From the NCBI RefSeq assembly GCF_001457615.1, contig NZ_LN831024.1, positions 5,640,001 through 5,672,000 on the forward strand: a stretch of 32,000 nucleotides of DNA, in the 5' to 3' direction. A program made the translations under genes and the position numbers. Positions 7,435-15,881 of this stretch are shown one piece after another. The notes under the pieces were generated by a model that did no database searches, was not told the DNA's origin, and saw nothing but the letters and a program-made list of their open reading frames with translations. Source of the DNA: Pseudomonas aeruginosa. Its GTDB lineage: Bacteria > Pseudomonadota > Gammaproteobacteria > Pseudomonadales > Pseudomonadaceae. How positions within the stretch are numbered: position 1 is the stretch's first letter; each line of letters begins with the position of its first letter.

Positions 7435-9381
7435 GTGAATTTCCCGCACCTGTTTAGCCCCCTGGAAATCCGGGGCAAACGCCTGAAAAACCGCATCATG
7501 TCGAGCGGCCACGACACGTCGATGCCTACCGACAACCTGGTCAACGAGCCACTCGTCGCCTATCACCGCGCCCGGGCCCGCGGCGGCGCCGGACTGATCG
7601 TCATGCAGGTGGCCGGGGTCCACGACAGCGCGCGCTACACCTCGCACGTGCTGATGGCCACCGACGATGCCTGCATCCCCGGCTACCGGCGGGTCGCCGA
7701 GGCCTGCCACGCCGAAGGCTGCGTGGTGCTGTCGCAGATCTTCCATCCCGGGCGCGAGATCATGGAGTCCGCCGACGGCCTGCTGGCGGTGGCCTATTCC
7801 GCCTCGGCCTCGCCCAACGAACGGTTCCGGGTGATGCCACGCGAACTCGACCAGCCGCTGATCGACGAGATCGTCGCCGGCTACGCCGCCGCCGCGCGCC
7901 GCCTGCACGAGGCAGGACTGGACGGGGTGGAGGTGGTCGCCAGCCACGGCTACCTGCCGGCGCAATTCCTCAACCCGCGGGTGAACCGCCGCAAGGATGG
8001 CTACAACGGCGACCTCGATGCCCGCCTGCGTTTCCTCCGCGAAGTGCTGGCAGCGGTGCGCGCGGCCACCTCCGAGGACTTCATCGTCGGCCTGCGCCTG
8101 TCCGCCGACGAGCGCGACCCCGAGGGTCTCAGCGAAAGCGAGTCGCTGCAGGCGGCCGAGGCGGTCCAGGGCGAGCTGGACTACCTGCACATCGTCGCCG
8201 GCACTTCGGCCTCCCTCGGCGGCGCCATCCATATCGTCCCGCCGATGGCCATCGAGCCGGCCTACCTGGCCCGCGAAGCCGGTACCTTCAAGGCGCGCCT
8301 GGCGATCCCGCTGTTCGTCACCGGGCGCATCAACCAGCCCCAAGAGGCCGAGGCCATCCTCGCCCGAGGCCAGGCCGACGTCTGCGGCATGACCCGCGCG
8401 CTGATCTGCGACCCGCAGATGCCGAACAAGGCCGAGGCCGGGCGCAGCAACGACGTGCGCGCCTGCATCGCCTGCAACCAGGCCTGCATCGGACATTTCC
8501 ACCGAGGCTATCCGATCTCCTGCATCCAGCACCCGGAAACCGGCCGCGAGCTGACCTACGCAACGCCCAATCCGGCCTCGCGGCGCAAGCGCGTGCTGGT
8601 CGCCGGCGGCGGCCCGGCGGGGATGAAGGCGGCGGCGGTGGCGGCACAGCGCGGCCACGAGGTAGTGCTCTGCGAGGCCGGCGCCCAGCTCGGCGGCCAG
8701 GTCAACCTGGCGCAACTGCTGCCGCGCCGCGCGGAATTCGGCGGCGCCTCCACCAACCTGCAACGGGAGATGCAACTGGCCGGCGTCGAGGTACGCCGCA
8801 ACACGCCGGTCGACCGCGCGCTGGTGGAGCGCGAACGGCCGGACCTGGTGATCGTCGCTACCGGCGCCGAACCCTATTGGCCGCCTTTCGAGCGCGGCGG
8901 CGAGCTGCAGGTGGTGGATGCCTGGCAGGTGCTGCGCGGCGAGGTGCGGGTCGGTCGTTCGGTGCTGGTCACCGACTGGCGGGGCGACTGGATCGGCCCC
9001 GGTATCGCGGAAAAGCTTGTACGCGAGGGCCACCAGGTGCGCCTGGCGGTGAACGGCACCCACTGCGGCGAGAGCCTGCCGCTGTATGTGCGCGACCAGT
9101 TGGCCGGCGAGCTGCACCGCCTGGGTATCCCGGTCACGCCCTACGCCCGCCTGTACGGCTGCGACGATACCACGGTGTACATGCAGCACAGCGCCAGCGG
9201 CGAGGCGATGCTGTTCGAGGAGGTCGATACCCTGGTGCTATGCCAGGGCCACCAGCCGGTGGACCGCCTGGCCGACAGCCTGCACGGCCTGGCGGAGGTG
9301 TTGCGGATCGGCGACTGCCTGGCCCCCCGCACCGCCGAGGAGGCGATCTACGAAGGGCTCAAGGCCGCCTGGAGCATCTGA
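7435..9381 (+). CDS. NADH:flavin oxidoreductase/NADH oxidase with 4Fe-4S and pyridine-nucleotide domains (2,4-dienoyl-CoA reductase / trimethylamine-histamine dehydrogenase superfamily)
   Basis: GTG start. Old-yellow-enzyme-like barrel (FSPLEIRGKRLKNRIMSSGHDT), Fe-S cysteines CIACNQACIGHFHRGYPISC, and Rossmann motif RVLVAGGGPAGMKAAAVAAQRGHEVVLCEA. Confidence 0.9.
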   Translation: MNFPHLFSPLEIRGKRLKNRIMSSGHDTSMPTDNLVNEPLVAYHRARARGGAGLIVMQVAGVHDSARYTSHVLMATDDACIPGYRRVAEACHAEGCVVLSQIFHPGREIMESADGLLAVAYSASASPNERFRVMPRELDQPLIDEIVAGYAAAARRLHEAGLDGVEVVASHGYLPAQFLNPRVNRRKDGYNGDLDARLRFLREVLAAVRAATSEDFIVGLRLSADERDPEGLSESESLQAAEAVQGELDYLHIVAGTSASLGGAIHIVPPMAIEPAYLAREAGTFKARLAIPLFVTGRINQPQEAEAILARGQADVCGMTRALICDPQMPNKAEAGRSNDVRACIACNQACIGHFHRGYPISCIQHPETGRELTYATPNPASRRKRVLVAGGGPAGMKAAAVAAQRGHEVVLCEAGAQLGGQVNLAQLLPRRAEFGGASTNLQREMQLAGVEVRRNTPVDRALVERERPDLVIVATGAEPYWPPFERGGELQVVDAWQVLRGEVRVGRSVLVTDWRGDWIGPGIAEKLVREGHQVRLAVNGTHCGESLPLYVRDQLAGELHRLGIPVTPYARLYGCDDTTVYMQHSASGEAMLFEEVDTLVLCQGHQPVDRLADSLHGLAEVLRIGDCLAPRTAEEAIYEGLKAAWSI

Positions 9382-9458
9382 GCGGCGCGGCCGCGGCTCC
9401 CTCGACGGGTCCCGGCCCAGCCCCTAGAATGCCGCAAACGCAGCCAGGACCCCGCCGC

Positions 9459-10058
9459 ATGCCCCGCCCGTCACCGCCGGACGCCACCGACACGCCGCGC
9501 AGCGAAACGCACTTCCTCGGCACCCGCATCCGCGGCCTGCGCAAGCGCCGCGGCCTGACCCTGGCCGAGCTGGCCGCACAGAGCGAACTCACCGCCGGCT
9601 ACATCAGCCAGTTGGAACGCAACCTGGCGTATCCGTCGATTCCGGCGCTGTTCAACATCGCCCGCAGCCTCGGCGTGACCATCCAGTGGTTCTTCGCCAG
9701 CGAGGCCGCGGTGGACCCGGCGGACGCCGGCTACGTGGTGCGGCGCAACACGCGCATGAGCGTGCATTACGAAGACGGCATCATCGACGAACTGCTCACC
9801 CTGCAGCCCAGCCGCCAGTTGGAGATCCTCCACTCGCGTTTCCCGCCGGGCACCTACAGCCAGCAGAGCTACAGCCATGAGGGCGAGGAAGCCGGCTACA
9901 TCCTCAGCGGAATCTTCGAACTCTGGGTCGGCGACCGCCATTTCCAGCTCCGCGAGGGCGACAGCTTCAGCTACTCCAGCCAGGAACCGCATCGCTACGG
10001 CAACCCGGGCGACAGCGATACCCTGGTGCTCTGGGTGATCACCCCGCCGACGTTCTGA
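9459..10058 (+). CDS. XRE-family HTH regulator with C-terminal cupin domain
   Basis: HTH GTRIRGLRKRRGLTLAELAAQSELTAGYISQLERNLAYPSIPALFNIARSLGVTIQWFF, plus cupin SHEGEEAGYILSGIFELWVGDRHFQLREGDSFSYSSQEPHRYGNPGD. An in-frame ATG at 9429 is an alternative start. Confidence 0.9.
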   Translation: MPRPSPPDATDTPRSETHFLGTRIRGLRKRRGLTLAELAAQSELTAGYISQLERNLAYPSIPALFNIARSLGVTIQWFFASEAAVDPADAGYVVRRNTRMSVHYEDGIIDELLTLQPSRQLEILHSRFPPGTYSQQSYSHEGEEAGYILSGIFELWVGDRHFQLREGDSFSYSSQEPHRYGNPGDSDTLVLWVITPPTF

Positions 10059-10061
10059 AAC

Positions 10062-10081
10062 GCCCTGTCGCGATGCAGGGC
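10062..10081. terminator. Possible hairpin between convergent genes (GCCCTG / CAGGGC)
   Basis: 6-bp stem, 8-nt loop, in the short convergent gap between the XRE-cupin gene and waaA. No T-tract. Confidence 0.25.
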
Positions 10082-10106
10082 CAGGGGAGGGCCGACGGGG
10101 CGAGCG

Positions 10107-11384
10107 CTACCCGCCGCGCCCGAGCAACCGCGCCAACCCCGCCAGCAGCCGCTCCAGGGCGCCCTGGTTGTTGCGCAGCACCTTCTCTCCGGCAGTGGCC
10201 ATGGCCGTCGCGACCTCCGGCTGCGCCCACAGGCGCGCGAGGCCGTCGCACAGCTCGCCGGCATCCGTCACCTCGAGCAGCGCCCCGGCGTCGCGCAATT
10301 GCGCGGCGATGTCGAGGAAGTTGAACAGGTGCGGACCGGCGAACACCGGCTTGCCCAGGGCCGCCGGCTCCAGCAGGTTGTGCCCGCCGTTGGGCACCAG
10401 GCTGCCGCCGACGAAAGCGATGTCGGCCAGGGCATAGAGGAACAGCAGCTCGCCCATGGTATCGCCGAGCAGCACCTGGGTCGCGCGTGCCACCGGCTCG
10501 CCGCCGGAGCGCCGGACCGTGGCGAAGCCTTCGCGGCGGCATAGCTCGTGGACGCCGGCGAAGCGTTCCGGATGGCGCGGCACCAGGATCAGCAACGCGT
10601 CGGGACGCGTTTCCAGCAGGCGCCGGTGGGCTGCCAGGACGATCTCGTCCTCGCCGGCATGGGTGCTGGCGGCGATCCACAGCGGTCGCGCCGTCGCGTC
10701 CCATTCCTCGCGCAGGGCGGCAGCGGCCAGCGGCAGCTGCGGGTCGATGCGCAGGTCGAACTTGATCGAGCCGGTCACGCTGACGCACTCAGGACGCGCG
10801 CCGAGACGACGGAAGCGCTCGGCCTCGGCCTCGGTCTGCACGGCGATCCAGGACAGCTCGGCGAGCATCGGCCGGGTCAGCCCGGCGAAGCGCGCGTAGC
10901 CACGCGCCGAGCGCTCGGACAGGCGCGCATTGGCCAGCGCCACCGGGATCCCGCGCACGGCGCAGGCATGGATATGGTTGGGCCACAGCTCGGTTTCCAT
11001 GATCACCGCCAGGCGCGGCCGCACCCGGTCGAGGAAGCGCGCCGCCGCCCAGGGCAGGTCGTAGGGCAGGTAGCAGTGCCGGACCTGCTCGCCGAACAAT
11101 GCGCGGATGCGCTCCGAGCCGGTCGGGGTCATGCAGGTGACGGTGACCGGCAGCTGCGGATGGCGCTCCAGCAGCGCCCGCACCATCGGCGCGGCGGCGA
11201 TGCTCTCGCCCACCGAGACGGCGTGCACCCAGATGCCGCCGGGCGGCACCTCGGGCAAGGACAGGGAAAAACGCTCGCCGATGCGCTTGGCATAGGCCGG
11301 CGCCTGGCGCGCGCGCCACCACAGGCGCAACGCCACCAGCGGCAAGCCGAGGTGGAACAGCAGGGTATAGAGGGTACGGTTCAT
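10107..11384 (-). CDS. waaA: 3-deoxy-D-manno-octulosonic acid (Kdo) transferase
   Basis: MNRTLYTLLFHLGLPLVALRLWWRARQAPAYAKRIGERFS...GGIWVHAVSVGESIAAAPMVRALLERHPQLPVTVTCMTPTGSERI..., characteristic WaaA/KdtA sequence. Confidence 0.95.
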   Translation of the reverse strand: MNRTLYTLLFHLGLPLVALRLWWRARQAPAYAKRIGERFSLSLPEVPPGGIWVHAVSVGESIAAAPMVRALLERHPQLPVTVTCMTPTGSERIRALFGEQVRHCYLPYDLPWAAARFLDRVRPRLAVIMETELWPNHIHACAVRGIPVALANARLSERSARGYARFAGLTRPMLAELSWIAVQTEAEAERFRRLGARPECVSVTGSIKFDLRIDPQLPLAAAALREEWDATARPLWIAASTHAGEDEIVLAAHRRLLETRPDALLILVPRHPERFAGVHELCRREGFATVRRSGGEPVARATQVLLGDTMGELLFLYALADIAFVGGSLVPNGGHNLLEPAALGKPVFAGPHLFNFLDIAAQLRDAGALLEVTDAGELCDGLARLWAQPEVATAMATAGEKVLRNNQGALERLLAGLARLLGRGG

Positions 11385-11419
11385 GGGCGCGCAGCTTAGC
11401 AAAACTCCCGCCGACCGGC

Positions 11420-12304
11420 TCAGCCGATGGCGCGCAGGTGGCGGGTGAAGGTTTCGCCGAGCCAGGCCGCCGCCGGGCCGAGCACCTCGTTGCGCCGCCA
11501 GACCAGTTCGACCACCAGCGCCGGCGGCGTCCAGTCGCTGGTCAGCTCCACCATCAGCCGGTCGTAGGTGGGGTACTGCACCACGTGCCGCGGTAGCCAG
11601 GCCCAGCCGAGGTTGCGCATCAGCAGCTCGGCCATGGAATAGAAGCTGTCCAGCCGCCAGACCTGCGGGCTGATCTGCTCGCCGCCCGGATAGCCGCTCT
11701 GCTGGGGCACGATCAAAAGTTGCCGGTGCTGTGCCAGCTCGCGGCGACTGACCCGTTGCAGCCCGGCCAGCGGGTGGCCGGCACCGCACACCGTGACCAT
11801 CTCGACGCTGCCGAGGCGCCGCCGCTCCAGCGACTCAGGCATGCGCTCATGGTGGAACAGCAGGCCGAGGTCAGCCTGCTCCTCGAGCAAACGACGGGTG
11901 ACGTCACCCTGGCCGCCGCTGGACACCTGCACCTCCAGACTGGGAAAGCGCTGCGCCAGCGCTTCCAGGCTGTCCAGCACCGGCTGGTAGGGCATCGCCT
12001 CGTCCTGGGCCAGGCGCAGCCGCGGCTCCTCGCCGCGCGCCAGCCCCAGCGCGCGCCCCTGCAGGCGCTCGCACTGGCGCAGCACCTCGCGCGCCTCCGC
12101 CAGCAGCACCCGGCCCTCGTCGGTCAGGCGCGGCTGGCGTCCGCTGCTGCGTTCGAACAGGGTGACGCCGAGGTCCGCCTCCAGCAGCGCGATGCCGTTG
12201 CTCACCGCCGATTGCACCCGCTTCAGTTCGCGGGCGGCGGCAGAGAACGACTGGCGCTCGGCGACGCTGACGAACAGGCGGATCTGCTCCAGGTTCCACT
12301 GCAT
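11420..12304 (-). CDS. LysR-family transcriptional regulator
   Basis: N-terminal HTH LEQIRLFVSVAERQSFSAAARELKRVQSAVSNGIALLEADLGVTLFERSSGRQPRLTDEG. Confidence 0.93.
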   Translation of the reverse strand: MQWNLEQIRLFVSVAERQSFSAAARELKRVQSAVSNGIALLEADLGVTLFERSSGRQPRLTDEGRVLLAEAREVLRQCERLQGRALGLARGEEPRLRLAQDEAMPYQPVLDSLEALAQRFPSLEVQVSSGGQGDVTRRLLEEQADLGLLFHHERMPESLERRRLGSVEMVTVCGAGHPLAGLQRVSRRELAQHRQLLIVPQQSGYPGGEQISPQVWRLDSFYSMAELLMRNLGWAWLPRHVVQYPTYDRLMVELTSDWTPPALVVELVWRRNEVLGPAAAWLGETFTRHLRAIG

Positions 12305-12305
12305 A

Positions 12306-12328
12306 ACCTATCTCCAATACAGATAGGT
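12306..12328. promoter_or_regulatory. Perfect inverted repeat ACCTATCT-N7-AGATAGGT in divergent LysR/SMR region
   Basis: 8-bp arms at 12306-12313 and 12321-12328, immediately upstream of the LysR start codon. Confidence 0.55.
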
Positions 12329-12388
12329 AACGACTTTATCCCATCCGCCGGCTCCCTAGAATGGCCGCAGTTTCCGGAGGACCCCGCC

Positions 12389-12721
12389 ATGACCAATTAT
12401 CTCTACCTCGCCATCGCCATCGCCGCCGAAGTGGTCGCCACCACCTCGCTGAAAGCCGTCGCCGGATTCAGCAAGCCACTGCCGCTGCTGCTGGTGGTGG
12501 GCGGCTACGTGCTCGCCTTCAGCATGCTCGTGCTGGTCATGCGCACCCTGCCGGTCGGCGTGGTCTACGCCATCTGGTCCGGGCTCGGCATCGTCCTGGT
12601 CAGCCTGGTGGCGATGTTCGTCTACGGCCAGCGCCTGGACCCCGCGGCCCTCCTCGGTATCGGCCTGATCATCGCCGGCGTGCTGGTGATCCAGTTGTTC
12701 TCCCGCGCTTCGGGGCACTGA
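12389..12721 (+). CDS. Small multidrug resistance (SMR) efflux transporter, EmrE-like
   Basis: 110-aa protein MTNYLYLAIAIAAEVVATTSLKAVAGF...YAIWSGLGIVLVSLVAMFVYGQRLDPAALLGIGLIIAGVLVIQLFS, with conserved membrane Glu and SMR signature. Confidence 0.95.
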   Translation: MTNYLYLAIAIAAEVVATTSLKAVAGFSKPLPLLLVVGGYVLAFSMLVLVMRTLPVGVVYAIWSGLGIVLVSLVAMFVYGQRLDPAALLGIGLIIAGVLVIQLFSRASGH

Positions 12722-12732
12722 ACGACCGTCGC

Positions 12733-12759
12733 GGGCGCAGGTTGTATACTGCGCCCTTT
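12733..12759 (+). terminator. Hairpin GGGCGCAG-N8-CTGCGCCC followed by TTT; loop overlaps a TATACT -10-like hexamer
   Basis: Perfect 8-bp stem (12733-12740 / 12749-12756) followed by TTTCC, between the SMR gene and the FAD oxidoreductase. TATACT at 12745-12750. Confidence 0.45.
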
Positions 12760-12781
12760 CCGTTCCCGATAAGGCAGCCCC

Positions 12782-13957
12782 ATGCCCCAAGCCCTTTCCA
12801 CCGACATCCTCATCGTTGGCGGCGGTATCGCCGGCCTCTGGCTGAACGCCCGCTTGCGCCGGGCCGGCTACGCCACCGTGCTGGTGGAAAGCGCCAGCCT
12901 CGGCGGCGGACAGAGCGTGAAGTCGCAGGGGATCATCCACGGCGGCGCCAAGTACGCCCTGCATGGTGCCCTGACCGGCGCCTCCGAAGCCATCGCCGAC
13001 ATGCCGCGGCGCTGGCGCGCCTGTCTCGGCAGCGACGGCGAACTCGACCTGCGGGGCGTGCGCCTGCTTTCCGAGGCGCACTACCTGTGGTCGCCGGGCG
13101 GCCTGGCCGGCAGCCTTACCAGCTTCTTCGCCAGCAAAGCGGTGCGCAGCCGGGTCGAGCAGGCCAAGGGCGAGGGTTTGCCTCCGGCGCTGCGCGACAA
13201 GGGGTTCAAGGGCAAGGCCTACCGCCTCACGGAAATCGTCTTCGACGTCCCCGACCTGATTCGCCGCCTGGCGGAACTGGCCGGCGACAGCCTGCTCGCC
13301 GGCGAACGCATCGAACCGCTGCGCGAAGGCCGGGAACTGGCCGGCCTGTGCGTCGACGGCCGGGAGATCCGTGCCCAGCGCGTGGTGCTCAGCGCCGGTG
13401 CCGGCAACGAGGCGCTGCTCCGCGAACTGGGCCTGGAACAACCGGCCATGCAGCGGCGGCCGCTGCACATGGTGATGGTCAAGGCGGCGACCCTGAAACC
13501 GCTGTACGCCCACTGCCTGGGGGCAGGGCCGAAGCCACGGATCACCGTGACCACCCATCCGACCCGCGACGGCCAGTCGGTCTGGTACCTCGGCGGCGAC
13601 ATCGCCGAAGCCGATGGCGTGGCCCGCGACGAAGCCGCGCAGATCGCCGAAGCGCGTCGCGAACTGGCAAAGCTGCTGCCCTGGATCGACCTCGGCCAGG
13701 CGCAGTGGGCCACCTTGCGGGTGGATCGCGCCGAGCCGGCACAGTCCAACCTGTTGCGCCCGGACAACGCCTTCCTCGCCGAACAGGGACGCCTGCTGGT
13801 CGGCTGGCCGACCAAGCTGGCGCTGGCCCCTGACTTCGCCGACCGGGTCTGCGCCCGCCTGGAAGAAGACGGCATCCGCCCCAGCGAACATGCCGCGCTG
13901 CCGCAACTGCCGCGTCCGCCGCTCGCCGAACCGGCCTGGGAGGTGGCCTTCGCATGA
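12782..13957 (+). CDS. FAD-dependent oxidoreductase (DAO family)
   Basis: N-terminal dinucleotide-binding motif TDILIVGGGIAGLWLNARLRRAGYATVLVE; DAO-like fold. Confidence 0.85.
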   Translation: MPQALSTDILIVGGGIAGLWLNARLRRAGYATVLVESASLGGGQSVKSQGIIHGGAKYALHGALTGASEAIADMPRRWRACLGSDGELDLRGVRLLSEAHYLWSPGGLAGSLTSFFASKAVRSRVEQAKGEGLPPALRDKGFKGKAYRLTEIVFDVPDLIRRLAELAGDSLLAGERIEPLREGRELAGLCVDGREIRAQRVVLSAGAGNEALLRELGLEQPAMQRRPLHMVMVKAATLKPLYAHCLGAGPKPRITVTTHPTRDGQSVWYLGGDIAEADGVARDEAAQIAEARRELAKLLPWIDLGQAQWATLRVDRAEPAQSNLLRPDNAFLAEQGRLLVGWPTKLALAPDFADRVCARLEEDGIRPSEHAALPQLPRPPLAEPAWEVAFA

Positions 13958-14766
13958 TCAGGGATACCCTCCACGACCTGCACCGCCCGCTGGGCGACAC
14001 CGGCCTGGCCGTTTCGCCGCTGGGCCTGGGCACCGTCAAGTTCGGCCGCGACCAGGGAGTGAAGTACCCTTCCGGCTTCACCATCCCCGACGACCGCGAA
14101 GCCGCCGACCTGCTGGCCCTGGCCCGCGACCTCGGCATCAACCTGATCGACACCGCCCCGGCCTACGGCCGCAGCGAGGAACGCCTCGGCCCGCTGCTGC
14201 GCGGCCAGCGCGAACATTGGGTGATCGTCAGCAAGGTCGGCGAAGAGTTCGTCGACGGCCAGTCAGTCTTCGACTTCTCCGCCGCGCATACCCGGCGCTC
14301 CGTCGAACGCAGCCTGAAGCGCCTGGAGACCGAGCGGATCGAGCTGGTGCTGGTGCATTCCGATGGCAACGACCTGGATATCCTCGAGAACAGCGAGGTC
14401 TACCCGACTCTCGCCGCGCTCAAGCGCGAGGGCCTGATCGGCGCCTACGGACTCTCCGGCAAGACCGTCGAAGGTGGCCTGCGCGCCCTGCGCGAGGGCG
14501 ATTGCGCGATGGTCACCTACAACCTGAACGAGCGCGCCGAGCGCCCGGTCATCGAGTACGCCGCGGCCCATGCCAAGGGCATCCTGGTGAAGAAGGCGCT
14601 GGCCAGCGGGCATGCCTGCCTGGGCGCCGGACAGGACCCGGTGCGCGCCAGCTTCGAACTGGTCTTCGACCAGCCGGGCGTCGCCGCCGCCATCGTCGGC
14701 ACCATCAATCCGCTGCACCTGGCCCATAATGTCGCGATGGCCGCGCAAGCCCTGAAAAAGGCCTGA
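13954..14766 (+). CDS. Aldo/keto reductase family protein
   Basis: GLAVSPLGLGTVKFGRD...ADLLALARDLGINLIDTAPAYGRSEERLGPLLRGQREHWVIVSKVGE. ATGA overlap with the upstream gene. Confidence 0.92.
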   Translation: MIRDTLHDLHRPLGDTGLAVSPLGLGTVKFGRDQGVKYPSGFTIPDDREAADLLALARDLGINLIDTAPAYGRSEERLGPLLRGQREHWVIVSKVGEEFVDGQSVFDFSAAHTRRSVERSLKRLETERIELVLVHSDGNDLDILENSEVYPTLAALKREGLIGAYGLSGKTVEGGLRALREGDCAMVTYNLNERAERPVIEYAAAHAKGILVKKALASGHACLGAGQDPVRASFELVFDQPGVAAAIVGTINPLHLAHNVAMAAQALKKA

Positions 14767-14787
14767 ACCATACATCGGCTGCAACAT

Positions 14788-14807
14788 CCGCGGGTTGACA
14801 CCCGCGG
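14788..14807 (+). terminator. Hairpin CCGCGGG-TTGACA-CCCGCGG downstream of the aldo/keto reductase gene
   Basis: Perfect 7-bp GC stem with 6-nt loop. No strong T-run follows. Confidence 0.35.
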
Positions 14808-14934
14808 TGCATTCCGCTGCCATGTTCCTCCCGAACGAGCCGTATCCTGCCTGCCGCCCTCGCCTCCGGTGGCCGGTGCATCGAACGTGAGCCTCCGTCC
14901 CGCCCCGGCGCGATGACCCGACAAGGAGCCCCGT

Positions 14935-15855
14935 ATGCCCCGTATGCTCGCCCGCAAGGATCCGTCCGCCTTCAAGACCCTGCCGCTGCTGGTGGAGGCC
15001 TCCCCGGACGGGCTGGTCTACCAGGCCCTCGGCCTGCCGCTGAACTTCCAGCAGATGCTCGTACGCCGCCGCCGCATGGAGGTAGCCGACCCGCAGCGCT
15101 TCGTCGCCGAGCTGGCCAACCTGGGGGTCTCGGTGCGCTTGACCCTGAACTGGCAGGGCCGCGACTACTGGGTGCTGGTCCGTCAGCGCCGGCTGGACCG
15201 CGGCGATACCGTGCTCAAGCTGATCTCCGGCTACGTACCGGCCCACGAACTGAACCTGCCGCTGCTCACGGCGATCCAGGAAGTCGCCGAGGAATGCCTG
15301 GTGGAGACCGCCGGCGGCTGGCTCGGCGGGCGCTTCGGCGACACCTGGCTGCCGACGCCCTACCAGGGTTCGCTGCGCTACCGGGAGAACAGCCACTTCG
15401 TCCTCACCCCGCTGTCCGGCGCCGCCCGTCCGGTGCAAGCCGGCAGCCTGCGCTTGCTGGAGCGCCCACGCGCCTACGTACACCTGCCCACGGCCTCGCT
15501 GCAACTGGTCTACGACATGCGCCTGGAGCTGCCGCGCGATGCGCGCGAGCCGAGCCTCTACCATGTCGACGAGCGGCTCGAGAGCGGTCCGCTGGTGGCG
15601 CGCCTGGACCGTCGGCGCCCCGATCTCTACCTGCTGCCGCTGGACCAGGGGCGCCCCACCGGCGACCTGTTCACCCTGCGCAAGGGCCAGTTGCGCCCTG
15701 CGGCCACCCGCGGCCTGTGGTTGGCCGAGAGCTTTGCCGTACAGGACGGCTGGCTGGTGCATGAGGAACGCATCCGTTTCCGCGACTGGCTGGCACTGTG
15801 GCCATCCAGCAACGGCGACCAGGCCGGCGGTGGACGCGACCGCGCCAGCGCCTGA
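14935..15855 (+). CDS. Conserved hypothetical protein, about 306 aa
   Basis: Preceded by AAGGAG Shine-Dalgarno and fits the intergenic layout. Contains a QEVAEECL segment resembling the core of a degenerate Nudix box. Confidence 0.8.
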   Translation: MPRMLARKDPSAFKTLPLLVEASPDGLVYQALGLPLNFQQMLVRRRRMEVADPQRFVAELANLGVSVRLTLNWQGRDYWVLVRQRRLDRGDTVLKLISGYVPAHELNLPLLTAIQEVAEECLVETAGGWLGGRFGDTWLPTPYQGSLRYRENSHFVLTPLSGAARPVQAGSLRLLERPRAYVHLPTASLQLVYDMRLELPRDAREPSLYHVDERLESGPLVARLDRRRPDLYLLPLDQGRPTGDLFTLRKGQLRPAATRGLWLAESFAVQDGWLVHEERIRFRDWLALWPSSNGDQAGGGRDRASA

Positions 15856-15858
15856 ACC

Positions 15859-15881
15859 GGGCGGGCTTTGCCGCCCTTTCT
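15859..15881 (+). terminator. Probable rho-independent terminator GGGCGG-GCTTTG-CCGCCC-TTTCT
   Basis: Stem 15859-15864 / 15871-15876, loop of 6 nt, followed by TTTCT, in the 24-nt convergent gap. Confidence 0.6.

Noticed and set aside
7333-9189. 618-aa minus-strand ORF
   Set aside because: Antisense to the flavin oxidoreductase, with no recognisable domain or start context.
12356-13906. 516-aa minus-strand ORF
   Set aside because: Antisense to the SMR gene and the FAD oxidoreductase; no family signature.
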